This document shows, one piece after another, positions 1 through 7,746 of a DNA stretch of 9,579 nt (its first letter is position 1; each line of letters begins with the position of its first letter). A program made the position numbers and the translations under genes. Under the pieces are notes generated by a model. The model was not told the DNA's origin, did no database searches, and saw only the letters and a list, made by a program, of their open reading frames with translations. Origin of the DNA: a virus (Duplodnaviria; Heunggongvirae; Uroviricota; Caudoviricetes); IMG/VR virus record IMGVR_UViG_2541047938_000004. One strand, given 5' to 3'.

Positions 1-1236
1 CTACGATAACCGCGCATTCAACATGGCTACCTGTTCGTCGTTCATGTCATCAATCCACATACCGTAAATTTCATACACCATCTGCGCAGTTTCATGCCCC
101 ATCTGGCTGGCTATAAACGCCGGGTTCGCTCCTGCCGTCAACAGCCAGCAGGCAAAAGTATGCCGCGTATGGTACGGATTACGGCGGCGAATACCAGCAC
201 GTTTTACTGCTGCATTCCATCTCGCACCCAAACTGCTTACCGAGTAATAAGGTTTCTGTTTTCCGTTACACACTCTGGGCATGAAAACAAAATGCAGTTT
301 TTGCTTTTCGGTTCTGCCGTACTCCCGATGATAAAAAGTGATTTCGCTTTTGCGATGATGCCCGGTCAGTTTGTATTGCTCCTTCAGTGCTTCAAGAGCA
401 GGCTGCAGTAGTGTTACCGTCCGGATCCCCGCATTTGTTTTTGGGGGACCGAACATATCCAGTATCGTCAGGTTTCTTCTGACATTCACAACTCCCTTCT
501 CGAAATCCACATCCTCCCACGCCAGAGCAGCCAGTTCCCCGTGACGAAGCCCGGAGTATACGGCAAATTTCCACAAGTTCTGGCTCTGTCCTTTTTCACT
601 TTCCATTAATGCATTGAATTCTGTTTTAGATAACGGGTCAGGCTTTATTCTGTTTCTCTGTAATTTCTTTACTCCTTCAAATGGTTTGGTTGATATAAAT
701 CCCGACTGATACGCAAAACGTAACAACGAACAGAGCAGGGCGATATAGTTATCAACTGTGCGCACGGTTCTTCCTTTTTTGTTGGATCTTGGATTATCCA
801 GGTAAAGCGTTTCTCCATGCAGCAGTTCATTCCGGTAGTTTAAGATATCGCTATAACGAATATGCGATATCGGAGTACTCTCACAAATTATTATCCTGAG
901 TGTTTTTAATTGTGATTTCGTTTTCTTCATTGTGTTTGTTGTTAACTCTGTTTCTTTAATTTTTGTCCAGATATCACAAAGCTCCCCGAACGTTTTTATG
1001 ACCCTCGTTGTCACCATTTTTGCCCCAGTGCTGGACTGGGGAAAACGTCTTAAATACTCAAACTCACCGGAATTGATTTCATGAACTATCAACGCTCTTA
1101 AATTCCCGGCTTTTTTAATGTTACTGTTAGTAACCTCCCAGCCTTTCAATGTTTCCCGACATCGTTTTCCTCGAAACATGAACCAGATGCGAATGTATTT
1201 ACCTCGAATCTCGACACCTGTTGGTAATTTAGACAT
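1..1236 (-). CDS. intR: Tyrosine-type site-specific integrase of a Rac-like lambdoid prophage (411 aa, complete; stop codon is window positions 1-3)
   Basis: ATG-initiated 411-codon ORF. The C-terminal region has the tyrosine recombinase signature (NPYHTRHTFACWLL with H-x-x-R, then a Tyr-containing VYEIYGMW segment). N-terminus MSKLPTGVEIRGKYIRIWF matches my memory of Rac IntR. Followed 1 nt upstream by an excisionase-like gene, as in lambdoid int-xis modules. Confidence 0.93.
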   Translation of the reverse strand: MSKLPTGVEIRGKYIRIWFMFRGKRCRETLKGWEVTNSNIKKAGNLRALIVHEINSGEFEYLRRFPQSSTGAKMVTTRVIKTFGELCDIWTKIKETELTTNTMKKTKSQLKTLRIIICESTPISHIRYSDILNYRNELLHGETLYLDNPRSNKKGRTVRTVDNYIALLCSLLRFAYQSGFISTKPFEGVKKLQRNRIKPDPLSKTEFNALMESEKGQSQNLWKFAVYSGLRHGELAALAWEDVDFEKGVVNVRRNLTILDMFGPPKTNAGIRTVTLLQPALEALKEQYKLTGHHRKSEITFYHREYGRTEKQKLHFVFMPRVCNGKQKPYYSVSSLGARWNAAVKRAGIRRRNPYHTRHTFACWLLTAGANPAFIASQMGHETAQMVYEIYGMWIDDMNDEQVAMLNARLS

Positions 1237-1237
1237 A

Positions 1238-1453
1238 TCATGAGTCTTTGATAAACTGATTTATCTTTGGATAGTTATACCAGATAATCCCTCGCTTACT
1301 GTCTGGCTTCCCTAAAGGAGATACTCGTTTGAAGTGGAAGCCTTCCACCCAACAGTTCTGGCGGTATGCTTCAATTTGTCTGGCCCCCAGACCAGTGCGA
1401 AGCATCAGGCCGTATTCAACCATCCACTCTTCATTAAAGATTACTTGTGCCAT
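1238..1453 (-). CDS. xisR: Excisionase-like small DNA-binding protein (71 aa)
   Basis: The six-frame ORF 1238..1477 begins at TTG; the first ATG is at 1453, preceded by GAGG with 7-nt spacing. Product [34 protein letters not shown]... is small and basic, sits immediately upstream of int with a 1-nt gap, and matches my recollection of Rac YdaQ/XisR. Confidence 0.8.
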   Translation of the reverse strand: MAQVIFNEEWMVEYGLMLRTGLGARQIEAYRQNCWVEGFHFKRVSPLGKPDSKRGIIWYNYPKINQFIKDS

Positions 1454-1552
1454 CGCATCACCTCTGGCAGGCGCCAATGTTAGACTTAAATTGACGCCCG
1501 ATGTTGATTATTAATAATCAGCTATGAAGTTTTAATTTGAATACAATGCAAT

Positions 1553-1741
1553 TCACGAGGACTGAAGTTTCTCGCAATTAAAATTTATCAGTTTTACTTT
1601 CTGCTCTCTGGAAACGCCTGCTTCTTTTTTACCTGAGAGCATTTTTTCGCATTCTGATTTCGTTAGTTTAGATTTTGAATATCTTGTCCAGTTAGTAGGA
1701 GTGCCACCTTCCTTTTCAATAGTGGCGGTAATTTTATACAT
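1553..1741 (-). CDS. ydaC: Small prophage protein YdaC-like (start ambiguous: 1741 with GGAGG SD, or 1753)
   Basis: ORF 1553..1813. The internal ATG at 1741 (MYKITATIEKEGG...) is preceded by GGAGGTG with 5-nt spacing; the alternative ATG at 1753 gives MEVFMYK.... Position between xis and ralR matches Rac ydaC. Function unknown. Confidence 0.65.
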   Translation of the reverse strand: MYKITATIEKEGGTPTNWTRYSKSKLTKSECEKMLSGKKEAGVSREQKVKLINFNCEKLQSS

Positions 1742-1928
1742 GAACACCTCCATTATTATTTCCAGTGGTTCGTTTATTTCATCGTTCGAGTGCTTCTTTT
1801 TCACTTCCACCATAACCGGTTCGGGATTCGCATCCGTTACACTTCGCTCGGTAATATCCTGAAATGGCTTTCACCGTTACTGATGGACAACCACAAAATG
1901 GACATGGTTTAACATTGTCATATCTCAT
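1734..1928 (-). pseudogene. ralR: ralR (lar) restriction-alleviation / DNase toxin frame, interrupted by an in-frame TGA at 1779-1781 (codon 50 of a 64-codon frame); intact N-terminal ORF is 1782..1928 (49 codons)
   Basis: Manual translation from ATG 1928 gives MRYDNVKPCPFCGCPSVTVKAISGYYRAKCNGCESRTGYGGSEKEALER, then TGA, then 14 further sense codons (NKRTTGNNNGGVHV) to TAA at 1734-1736. The total of 64 codons equals the length I recall for K-12 RalR, where this position is Trp (TGG) as I remember it. No ORF of 60 aa or more is listed here in the six-frame track, consistent with the interruption. Confidence 0.7.
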
Positions 1929-1983
1929 AATTTTTCTCATAAAAATATTTCAAGTTGGCGGTGCATTACACCGCCAGGCTGAA

Positions 1984-2793
1984 TTATTCCTCTGAATTAT
2001 CGATTACACTGTATTCCCCGGTTAATACAGAGGAATCTGCAGGATCGATTGTCAGTGGTTCCTTTTCATCCATTGATACTGCACGCTGGATCTCAATTGA
2101 TACGGGCAGATATTTGAACAGGCGACGAATAGCCGTTTTCTTTGCCATTTCTTCCCAGTGAGTTACCCACGGCCCGTTATTACCAGCTTTACTCTGGCTG
2201 CGCACCAGCTCAATCTGTTTGCGCGTCATAACTTCAAACTGAGTACCTCCGTCTTTCAGTCTTGCGACAGCATAGACGTGGGTAACAGGGGCATCTTCGT
2301 TTTCTCCTGGGCGGTGTATTAACTTTTCATCAAGGCCAAATTCGAAATTAAACTCGTCACCTTCACGGACAACACGGGCTGACAGGCTGGCGATTTGACC
2401 TGAACGGCGAGCCAGATCAATCATGCCGCGATAGCCAATGATTAGCTGAACGTTTTTTTTACCGCTCTTTTCGTTTTTATTACCAAAAGGCAGTAAATAT
2501 GCATGACCGAGGGCGCTACCGGGCTCAAGTCCGAGCTGTGAACACTGTACGATTGCACTGACAAAACTCATAGTGTCACAGTTTCCTAACGCCGGAACTT
2601 TACGAATTTCTGTGGTGGCGATACGGATCATACGTTCAGCCGTCATATGGCGTGGAAGAGCTGCTGCCAGTTGCTCTTTCATTGATGGCTGGTTAATAAA
2701 ACTAATCACGTCGTTATTTTTAATTGCTGCTGGTGCACGGTTTCCCTGAGTTTTTTGCAGATCGGCTTTTGCGATTGGTGGTTGCTTAGTCAT
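1984..2793 (-). CDS. recT: RecT single-strand annealing recombinase (269 aa)
   Basis: ORF 1984..2850; ATG at 2793 preceded by AAGGA. Product [41 protein letters not shown]... matches my memory of K-12 RecT. The start overlaps the recE stop by 8 nt. Confidence 0.95.
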   Translation of the reverse strand: MTKQPPIAKADLQKTQGNRAPAAIKNNDVISFINQPSMKEQLAAALPRHMTAERMIRIATTEIRKVPALGNCDTMSFVSAIVQCSQLGLEPGSALGHAYLLPFGNKNEKSGKKNVQLIIGYRGMIDLARRSGQIASLSARVVREGDEFNFEFGLDEKLIHRPGENEDAPVTHVYAVARLKDGGTQFEVMTRKQIELVRSQSKAGNNGPWVTHWEEMAKKTAIRRLFKYLPVSIEIQRAVSMDEKEPLTIDPADSSVLTGEYSVIDNSEE

Positions 2794-5386
2794 TTGCATA
2801 TTCCTTAGCCCAGCGGGGCAGTGATAACGTCTTAATAGCTGGCCATTCATCGGTATTGAGGCAGTCAGCCAGGGTTCGCAGATTGCGGTGATATTCCAGC
2901 TGACCTGCCAGTTTTGCTTCTTCGCCCATCATGAAAATTTCAACCGGATAACGTCCGCATTCAATAGTTGTGCTGGCAACCAGAAAAACGAAAGTTGGCT
3001 GCACTCCAAACTGTGCTTCATAACCGTCACTGTAGAATGCATCCTGAACGTGATAGCGGTAGTCGTAATAAGCGGTTTTGAATCGTTGAATATCCGCCGT
3101 AGTTTTCACGTCCATGATCCAGTGAAATTCAGGGATAATTTTGTCCGGACGGCACCGACACAAAATTGCTGTTTCAGGATCTTCCCAGTAAATTGATGAT
3201 TCAGCGTGTCCGGCGCTTTCAACAAGCCATTGCCCCAGCGGCAAAGCCATAACGCTCTGATACATGAGTTCAATTTTCCGGCCTTCTTCGGCAGTGATAA
3301 CCGTTTTTCCTGTGCTTGCGCATTCCCTCAGAAACGCTTTCTCTTCTTCTTTTCCGGAGTTTGTCCGGCGGTTAAATTCAGGTGCTACGATAAAGCGGTT
3401 ACTGAATTCTTCCGGCTCAAGTACCCGGCAGTGGAAAGCGGTTCCTAAATCGAGCGTTTTTGTCTTTGTGGTGTCCACGGGGGCATTTTTACGCCACAAA
3501 TACAGTGCCGGAGTATCAGCAATGTCATCGAGCTGAGACTTACTGACACCGGGACCCGCGTGGTAATTCTCATTCGAAATTCCGTAATAAATACCTGGCT
3601 CTATGTCTTCTACGATTACGGGATCTGCGACTTCGCCAGTTTCATCACTGCAATCGCGATGCGGATCGCTGCCAGCATTCTCATTGTGCGGATGTTCAGC
3701 GCCTTCCATTTCCTCCGGATCATTTTCCTTAGCTTCAACCTGACTCTCTTCATCGAATGTTTCCTGGTATGTTGCGTCGCCCATCACCGCACCACAGTCA
3801 GGGCAGTTATCCCCGCCAGTCTGGCCGCAGGCATTGCAGGCTATTTCCGGTTCCTGTTGCACTACTGGCTCAGGTTGATTCATATCCGGGCTGGTTTTTT
3901 CCGTTTCTGGCTGGTTCTGGTACACACAATCGCGAGTCTGGATCCCCTTTACCCATTTCGGATCGTTCGGGTCGCTAATTCCGTCAACAAATTCACCACG
4001 TGATGCAGCAAGCAATTTATCGGCATCGACAGGATTTTTTGATGGAATGTTTTTCCGGGCTTCATGGAGTTCTGCCCGCAGTTCCTGATATTTCGCATCA
4101 ACAGAATTTACCTGTGACTGAGCATCCAGCGGCTGCGTGTCCTGATGATGTTCAGTTGCGTCCGGTTCCATTGTTTCAGCCTCTCCCTGTTCAACTGCCG
4201 TTGTTCCAGATGGTTGCGGTTTTTCTTCATCATCCTGTTTTCCTTCTTCTGTTACTCGCTGCGGCATCGGGGCAGAGGAGCGACCGCAGGCAATATCCAC
4301 GATTTCCGGATCAGGGTTGGCATGATCGGTTTCAGTCAGTACTTTGTTCAGATATTCAGTGACGTGCGCGGGGATGACCTCGATCCCAATTGGTGCTTCT
4401 TTTACGGACGCAACCACGATGGCGCGGGAATAATCCAGCCCGCCAGGCATGGTGATGAATTTGTCGCGGAAAACAGAAAAGGGCGGTTTATTTTCAGCGA
4501 TAATTTCCTCAATGCGTTTAGCGTGTGCCGGATGAAGGTTATAGATGTCCAGATCCATTGAACGGGCCAGTACGCCAGTGGCTACGTCCCGCGCCAGTGA
4601 CGTCAGATCGTGTACGAAACCTTCGCCGCGATCGGTGAGGTTTCCGCCGCCAGCATTAGCACCGGAAGCCGTGCGAGTGATGTGTGAAACACGATTACCC
4701 TTCATCCACTCTTTTGTCAGCAGTCCTCGATCGGTGTAGTCAGCGTTCAGGTATGCTTCGAAAAAAGCAGTTATCAGTCCCAGGTTTGAATTACCAGGAT
4801 TAGGGAAAACTTTGTCAGTGTCACGAACCAGTTTGTGGAGTTCGCGAATTTCCAGCGGGTCGAGCAGGCTGGTTTTGTGGGAAACAGCCAGGGCAGTAAC
4901 AGCCGGTAGTTCTTCAGCCCGAGCAATGTGTAATGCCTGGAGTCCGTCGCGTGAAACGTGCGTTACCGGTTTTTCGCTGCCGTGTTGAGCAAGCCAACGA
5001 ATGGGCAGTTCCTGGCCAGAAATTGGGAGTAGCATATTCTCCTCAATCTCAGTCATGTCTTCGCCGTTGACGTTGGTATTGCCTTGATAGTGAGCGTTGT
5101 CTGGTGCTGCTCCCGGTTTTAGTTCCCATGTCATGGAGTCTTTGCTGAGTTGATAGCGTTCACTCCAGGTAAAATCGATCTCACCTTCAGCGGGCAGGTC
5201 ATTAACGACAGGAAAATTCGTGGCAACAGCTTTAAAATAGCTGCTCAGTTTTTTACCTGACTTAACGATCAGGTAGTCCAGAGTGGCACAGGTCGATTCA
5301 AAATCGTTGCTTGCCCACAGGACGACGTCAGGTTCACCGGATGATTTTTTCGCTTTCCGTAACAGGAAGAGTGGTTTTGTGCTCAT
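2786..5386 (-). CDS. recE: RecE exodeoxyribonuclease VIII (866 aa)
   Basis: ATG-initiated 866-codon [27 protein letters not shown]... with a C-terminal nuclease domain region (…[32 protein letters not shown]…DVKTT…). Length and sequence match my recollection of K-12 RecE. GAGG lies 10 nt upstream of the ATG. Confidence 0.95.
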   Translation of the reverse strand: MSTKPLFLLRKAKKSSGEPDVVLWASNDFESTCATLDYLIVKSGKKLSSYFKAVATNFPVVNDLPAEGEIDFTWSERYQLSKDSMTWELKPGAAPDNAHYQGNTNVNGEDMTEIEENMLLPISGQELPIRWLAQHGSEKPVTHVSRDGLQALHIARAEELPAVTALAVSHKTSLLDPLEIRELHKLVRDTDKVFPNPGNSNLGLITAFFEAYLNADYTDRGLLTKEWMKGNRVSHITRTASGANAGGGNLTDRGEGFVHDLTSLARDVATGVLARSMDLDIYNLHPAHAKRIEEIIAENKPPFSVFRDKFITMPGGLDYSRAIVVASVKEAPIGIEVIPAHVTEYLNKVLTETDHANPDPEIVDIACGRSSAPMPQRVTEEGKQDDEEKPQPSGTTAVEQGEAETMEPDATEHHQDTQPLDAQSQVNSVDAKYQELRAELHEARKNIPSKNPVDADKLLAASRGEFVDGISDPNDPKWVKGIQTRDCVYQNQPETEKTSPDMNQPEPVVQQEPEIACNACGQTGGDNCPDCGAVMGDATYQETFDEESQVEAKENDPEEMEGAEHPHNENAGSDPHRDCSDETGEVADPVIVEDIEPGIYYGISNENYHAGPGVSKSQLDDIADTPALYLWRKNAPVDTTKTKTLDLGTAFHCRVLEPEEFSNRFIVAPEFNRRTNSGKEEEKAFLRECASTGKTVITAEEGRKIELMYQSVMALPLGQWLVESAGHAESSIYWEDPETAILCRCRPDKIIPEFHWIMDVKTTADIQRFKTAYYDYRYHVQDAFYSDGYEAQFGVQPTFVFLVASTTIECGRYPVEIFMMGEEAKLAGQLEYHRNLRTLADCLNTDEWPAIKTLSLPRWAKEYAND

Positions 5387-5457
5387 TGTTTTTTAACCTC
5401 AACTCAGATTAAAATTCGTTTTGTTCAGTGAATGATCTTGCCGGATACACACTGTTC

Positions 5458-5482
5458 ATAGCCTGCGCCATACGCAGGCTAT
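5458..5482. other. Perfect 10-bp inverted repeat (ATAGCCTGCG / CGCAGGCTAT, 5-nt loop CCATA) in the racC-recE intergenic region
   Basis: Read directly from the sequence. It lies 6 nt downstream of the racC stop codon (on the transcribed minus strand) and about 72 nt upstream of the recE ATG. A T-rich run (TTCTTTCAGATTT) follows on the plus strand only. Confidence 0.6.
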
Positions 5483-5487
5483 TTCTT

Positions 5488-5763
5488 TCAGATTTCACCT
5501 TTTAATTTCATTGCAATTAGAGTTGCCAGAAATTCGGCTTTTTTTTCTGCGGGCAGATTCTTTCCGATATGCACCAGGCACATTTTTTTGACACCTTCAT
5601 CAAGTGTTTTTACGTTGCCTGATGGACCATCGATATCAACCACAGTGAATGGGGTTTCTTTATTTTCTGTTTTAATTACGTAGCCAATGCGCTTTCCTTC
5701 CAGATTCACCTCGTGAACAATGTCATCGGTAGTTACAACAGTGGCTTCATAATTGGTAATCAT
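5488..5763 (-). CDS. racC: RacC small prophage protein (91 aa)
   Basis: ORF 5488..5811; ATG at 5763 preceded by AAGGAG. Product MITNYEATVVTTDDIVHEVNLEGKRIGYVIKTENKETPFTVVDIDG... matches my memory of K-12 RacC. Confidence 0.85.
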   Translation of the reverse strand: MITNYEATVVTTDDIVHEVNLEGKRIGYVIKTENKETPFTVVDIDGPSGNVKTLDEGVKKMCLVHIGKNLPAEKKAEFLATLIAMKLKGEI

Positions 5764-5837
5764 GTTTTTCTCCTTAATTAAGGTTGAGCGAATACCTGCC
5801 ATTTCTGGCATAAATTCAGTTTCGAATAGTCAATTAA

Positions 5838-6008
5838 TTAAAGTTCATGTGCCATCTGGTCTTTTTCGGCACAAGCTTCACTGCAATATTTTCTCGGTTC
5901 GTCTTTTGATAAAATCCCGTGCATGAAGTGAAGCATTCTTTCAATAGCTTTGCTTTCTTCAACGTCTTTTTTGCAAAGGTGGTAAGCACATTTTATTTTC
6001 TTAGTCAT
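5838..6008 (-). CDS. ydaE: YdaE-like small Cys/His-rich (probable metal-binding) protein (56 aa)
   Basis: Below the 60-aa track threshold; found by manual translation from ATG 6008 to TAA 5838-5840: [56 protein letters not shown]. It has paired Cys motifs (C-x4-C and C-x3-C). The start overlaps the kilR stop (TGATG). Confidence 0.8.
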   Translation of the reverse strand: MTKKIKCAYHLCKKDVEESKAIERMLHFMHGILSKDEPRKYCSEACAEKDQMAHEL

Positions 6009-6229
6009 CACCATGACTCCGCCTTTACAGGTAAACCATCACGACCGAGGAAGACTTTAATCATGCGGTCAGTAATGCATGTTTTTGTGGTCAGGTTACG
6101 AATATATAGTTTTCGCTTTTTAATATTGTTTGCCGAGGCAATATATGTCCGGCCTTCATGAAGAACATAATCGCCAGGAGTCACACACTGACGTGGTATT
6201 TCATCAGTTCCGAAGTGATGTGCAATCAT
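6008..6229 (-). CDS. kilR: KilR cell-division (FtsZ) inhibitor (73 aa)
   Basis: ORF 6008..6241; ATG at 6229 with GGAG at 6-nt spacing. Product [49 protein letters not shown]... matches my recollection of K-12 KilR. Confidence 0.9.
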   Translation of the reverse strand: MIAHHFGTDEIPRQCVTPGDYVLHEGRTYIASANNIKKRKLYIRNLTTKTCITDRMIKVFLGRDGLPVKAESW

Positions 6230-6410
6230 AATTATCTCCATTTTTACAAATGAACTTTGTTGATGCGGTGCCTGGTGCCTCCAGGTGACTGCAACCAGTT
6301 AACAATTACAGTCGGCTTTCCCACCCAAACCAATAAGGACTAACATGACTTTTAACTGTGCCACGTGCGCTTAGCCGCATTCACCGCATCACAAAATTCA
6401 CTTTAAAAAG

Positions 6411-6452
6411 GGCGGACATCAGCCGAACTTCAAGAAAAAAACTGATGCCGCC
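6411..6452 (-). terminator. Candidate intrinsic terminator on the minus strand (about 11-bp GC-rich stem with one bulge, 19-nt loop, then a T-run)
   Basis: GGCGG(A)CATCAG at 6411-6422 pairs with CTGATGCCGCC at 6442-6452. On the minus strand the stem is followed directly by CTTTTTAAAG (plus 6401-6410). The large loop lowers confidence. Confidence 0.35.
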
Positions 6453-6670
6453 AGGACTACACACAGCAATGTCGTTATTTACAACCGGAGGCGCACTCCC
6501 ACCATTTAAATTTAACAGACAAGACCGACTCTTTATGGATATCGGAAATGCGCCTTCGTGTTGTGCCCGGTTTTATTTCACCACCTCCGGGCTTCGGTGG
6601 TCTCGGCTATACCCCTACAGCGAGAGCTTGTGTTAACATTTCAATACCCTTACAGTTGAGAGTTATTGAT

Positions 6671-7159
6671 ATGTTGGATGTATTTACTCCATTGTTGAAA
6701 CTTTTTGCTAACGAGCCACTCGAAATACTTATGTATACGATTATCATTTTTGGTCTCACTCTCTGGCTGATACCGAAAGAGTTTACTGTCGCATTCAATG
6801 CTTATACTGAAATACCTTGGCTCTTTCAGATTATCGTTTTTGCCTTTTCTTTCGTGGTCGCCATTTCCTTCTCAAGATTGCGAGCACATATTCAAAAGCA
6901 TTATTCATTACTACCAGAGCAACGAGTATTGCTTCGTTTATCTGAGAAAGAAATCGCTGTATTTAAAGATTTCCTTAAAACAGGAAATCTTATTATCACT
7001 TCTCCTTGCCGTAACCCGGTTATGAAAAAATTAGAACGGAAGGGCATCATTCAACATCAGAGTGATAGCGCAAACTGTTCTTATTATCTCGTCACCGAAA
7101 AATACTCCCATTTTATGAAGTTATTCTGGAACAGCAGGAGTAGACGTTTTAATCGTTAG
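6671..7159 (+). CDS. sieB: SieB superinfection exclusion protein (162 aa, predicted membrane protein)
   Basis: ATG at 6671 within ORF 6548..7159. Product MLDVFTPLLKLFANEPLEILMYTIIIFGLTLWLIPKEF... has hydrophobic N-terminal segments and matches my memory of Rac SieB. The 162-aa length equals the K-12 length. Confidence 0.9.
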   Translation: MLDVFTPLLKLFANEPLEILMYTIIIFGLTLWLIPKEFTVAFNAYTEIPWLFQIIVFAFSFVVAISFSRLRAHIQKHYSLLPEQRVLLRLSEKEIAVFKDFLKTGNLIITSPCRNPVMKKLERKGIIQHQSDSANCSYYLVTEKYSHFMKLFWNSRSRRFNR

Positions 7160-7311
7160 CTTACTGTGTGCTTCTCCAACCATCGGCGCGCACCAGTTTC
7201 GGTTTTAAATGTTTTGCTTTTGGTATACGTCATGGCAGTGAACGTTCCATCCTGGTTGGGGAACACGCCGCACACCAGGGATTCGTTGTTGCCGAGGTCG
7301 ATTTTTTGCAT
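7156..7311 (-). CDS. ydaF: YdaF small prophage protein (51 aa)
   Basis: Manual translation from ATG 7311 to TAA 7156-7158: MQKIDLGNNESLVCGVFPNQDGTFTAMTYTKSKTFKTETGARRWLEKHTVS. It is convergent with sieB and overlaps it by 4 nt. Confidence 0.8.
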   Translation of the reverse strand: MQKIDLGNNESLVCGVFPNQDGTFTAMTYTKSKTFKTETGARRWLEKHTVS

Positions 7312-7321
7312 TTTGCGAATC

Positions 7322-7456
7322 TCACATCTTGTTGCTGTGTATAGCGACTTCTGCCTGCCAGAGATCCCAGTCGTTGCTGCGTAAAGCCTGCACAGCCTGG
7401 TTGTAAGTGATACCGCAACAATCCATCAAATACTGAACTACTTCGTAATGCACCAT
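7322..7456 (-). CDS. ydaG: YdaG small prophage protein (44 aa)
   Basis: ORF 7322..7504 begins at GTG; the ATG at 7456 is preceded by GGGGAGAG. Product MVHYEVVQYLMDCCGITYNQAVQALRSNDWDLWQAEVAIHSNKM matches the 44-aa K-12 YdaG as I recall it. Confidence 0.8.
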   Translation of the reverse strand: MVHYEVVQYLMDCCGITYNQAVQALRSNDWDLWQAEVAIHSNKM

Positions 7457-7624
7457 CTTATCTCTCCCCTTAACGCCGGGTGGCGGAACTGAAACCTGCT
7501 GCACTGCAAAATCTGAACCCTGCCGTCATGTTCATACGCCTCGGGCTGGCTACTTAACCCCTGACCACTGCCTGGTAACTCGAAGTATTGCCCTGCGTTC
7601 TGTGGGGCGGGGTGGGTTGGTAGG

Positions 7625-7672
7625 TATATAATGTACTTTGTGTTCATTGATGTAAAGTACTTTAAGTACATT
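7625..7672 (-). promoter_or_regulatory. Candidate leftward (pL-like) promoter with overlapping repressor operator repeats upstream of ydaG
   Basis: Motif copies: ATGTACT 7631-7637, AAGTACT 7655-7661, inverted AAGTACA 7664-7670; AAAGTACTTT at 7654-7663 is a perfect 10-bp palindrome. Minus-strand hexamers TTTACA (plus 7651-7656) and CATTAT (plus 7628-7633) are separated by 17 bp. The same ATGTACT motif recurs in the racR/ydaS region. Confidence 0.45.
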
Positions 7673-7746
7673 TTGTGTGTAAAAAAATGAGATGGGATAA
7701 AGTGAAGCACAAACCCGGAGGGGGACGCTACCGGATTTATGCTGGT

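Noticed and set aside
94-411. 105-aa plus-strand ORF inside the integrase gene
   Set aside because: Entirely antisense to a well-supported integrase CDS; no RBS context; typical shadow ORF.
1329-1514. 61-aa plus-strand ORF overlapping xis
   Set aside because: Antisense to the excisionase gene; no SD sequence; likely spurious.
1957-1975. 7-bp GC hairpin (GGCGGTG-CATTA-CACCGCC) between recT and ralR as a possible terminator
   Set aside because: On the transcribed minus strand the U-rich run begins about 9 nt after the stem and is interrupted; too weak to call as an intrinsic terminator.
2888-4739. Series of plus-strand ORFs (2888..3196, 3206..3448, 3264..3536, 3560..4003, 3757..3978, 4000..4362, 4145..4561, 4545..4739)
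   Set aside because: All lie antisense within recE, whose 866-aa product is strongly supported; their translations are low-complexity with no recognisable motifs.
5919-6161. 80-aa plus-strand ORF overlapping ydaE and kilR
   Set aside because: Antisense to two recognised genes; hydrophobic low-complexity translation; no RBS.
6358-6636. 92-aa GTG-initiated plus-strand ORF in the kilR-sieB interval
   Set aside because: Non-ATG start without SD; very basic, Pro/Arg-rich translation; spans the predicted hairpins; more consistent with non-coding regulatory sequence.
6548-6670. Upstream in-frame ATG that would extend SieB to 203 aa
   Set aside because: The extension is Pro/Gly-rich and the 162-aa form from ATG 6671 matches the known SieB length; retained only as an alternative.
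6607-7025. Minus-strand ORF 6607..6798 and plus-strand ORF 6798..7025 overlapping sieB
   Set aside because: Alternative-frame or antisense shadows of the sieB CDS with no independent support.
7166-7421. Plus-strand ORF 7166..7384 and minus-strand ORF 7230..7421 overlapping ydaF and ydaG
   Set aside because: They overlap the small ydaF/ydaG genes in other frames or antisense; no SD sequences.
7627-7632. Consensus TATAAT on the plus strand upstream of ydaG
   Set aside because: No acceptable -35 at 16-19 bp upstream, and rightward transcription from here would only run antisense into racR. The element is better read as part of the operator-overlapped minus-strand promoter.
7438-7710. 90-aa minus-strand ORF across the ydaG upstream region
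   Set aside because: It would have to begin inside the predicted promoter/operator cluster and overlaps the ydaG start out of frame; no SD. The region is better explained as a 5-prime leader.
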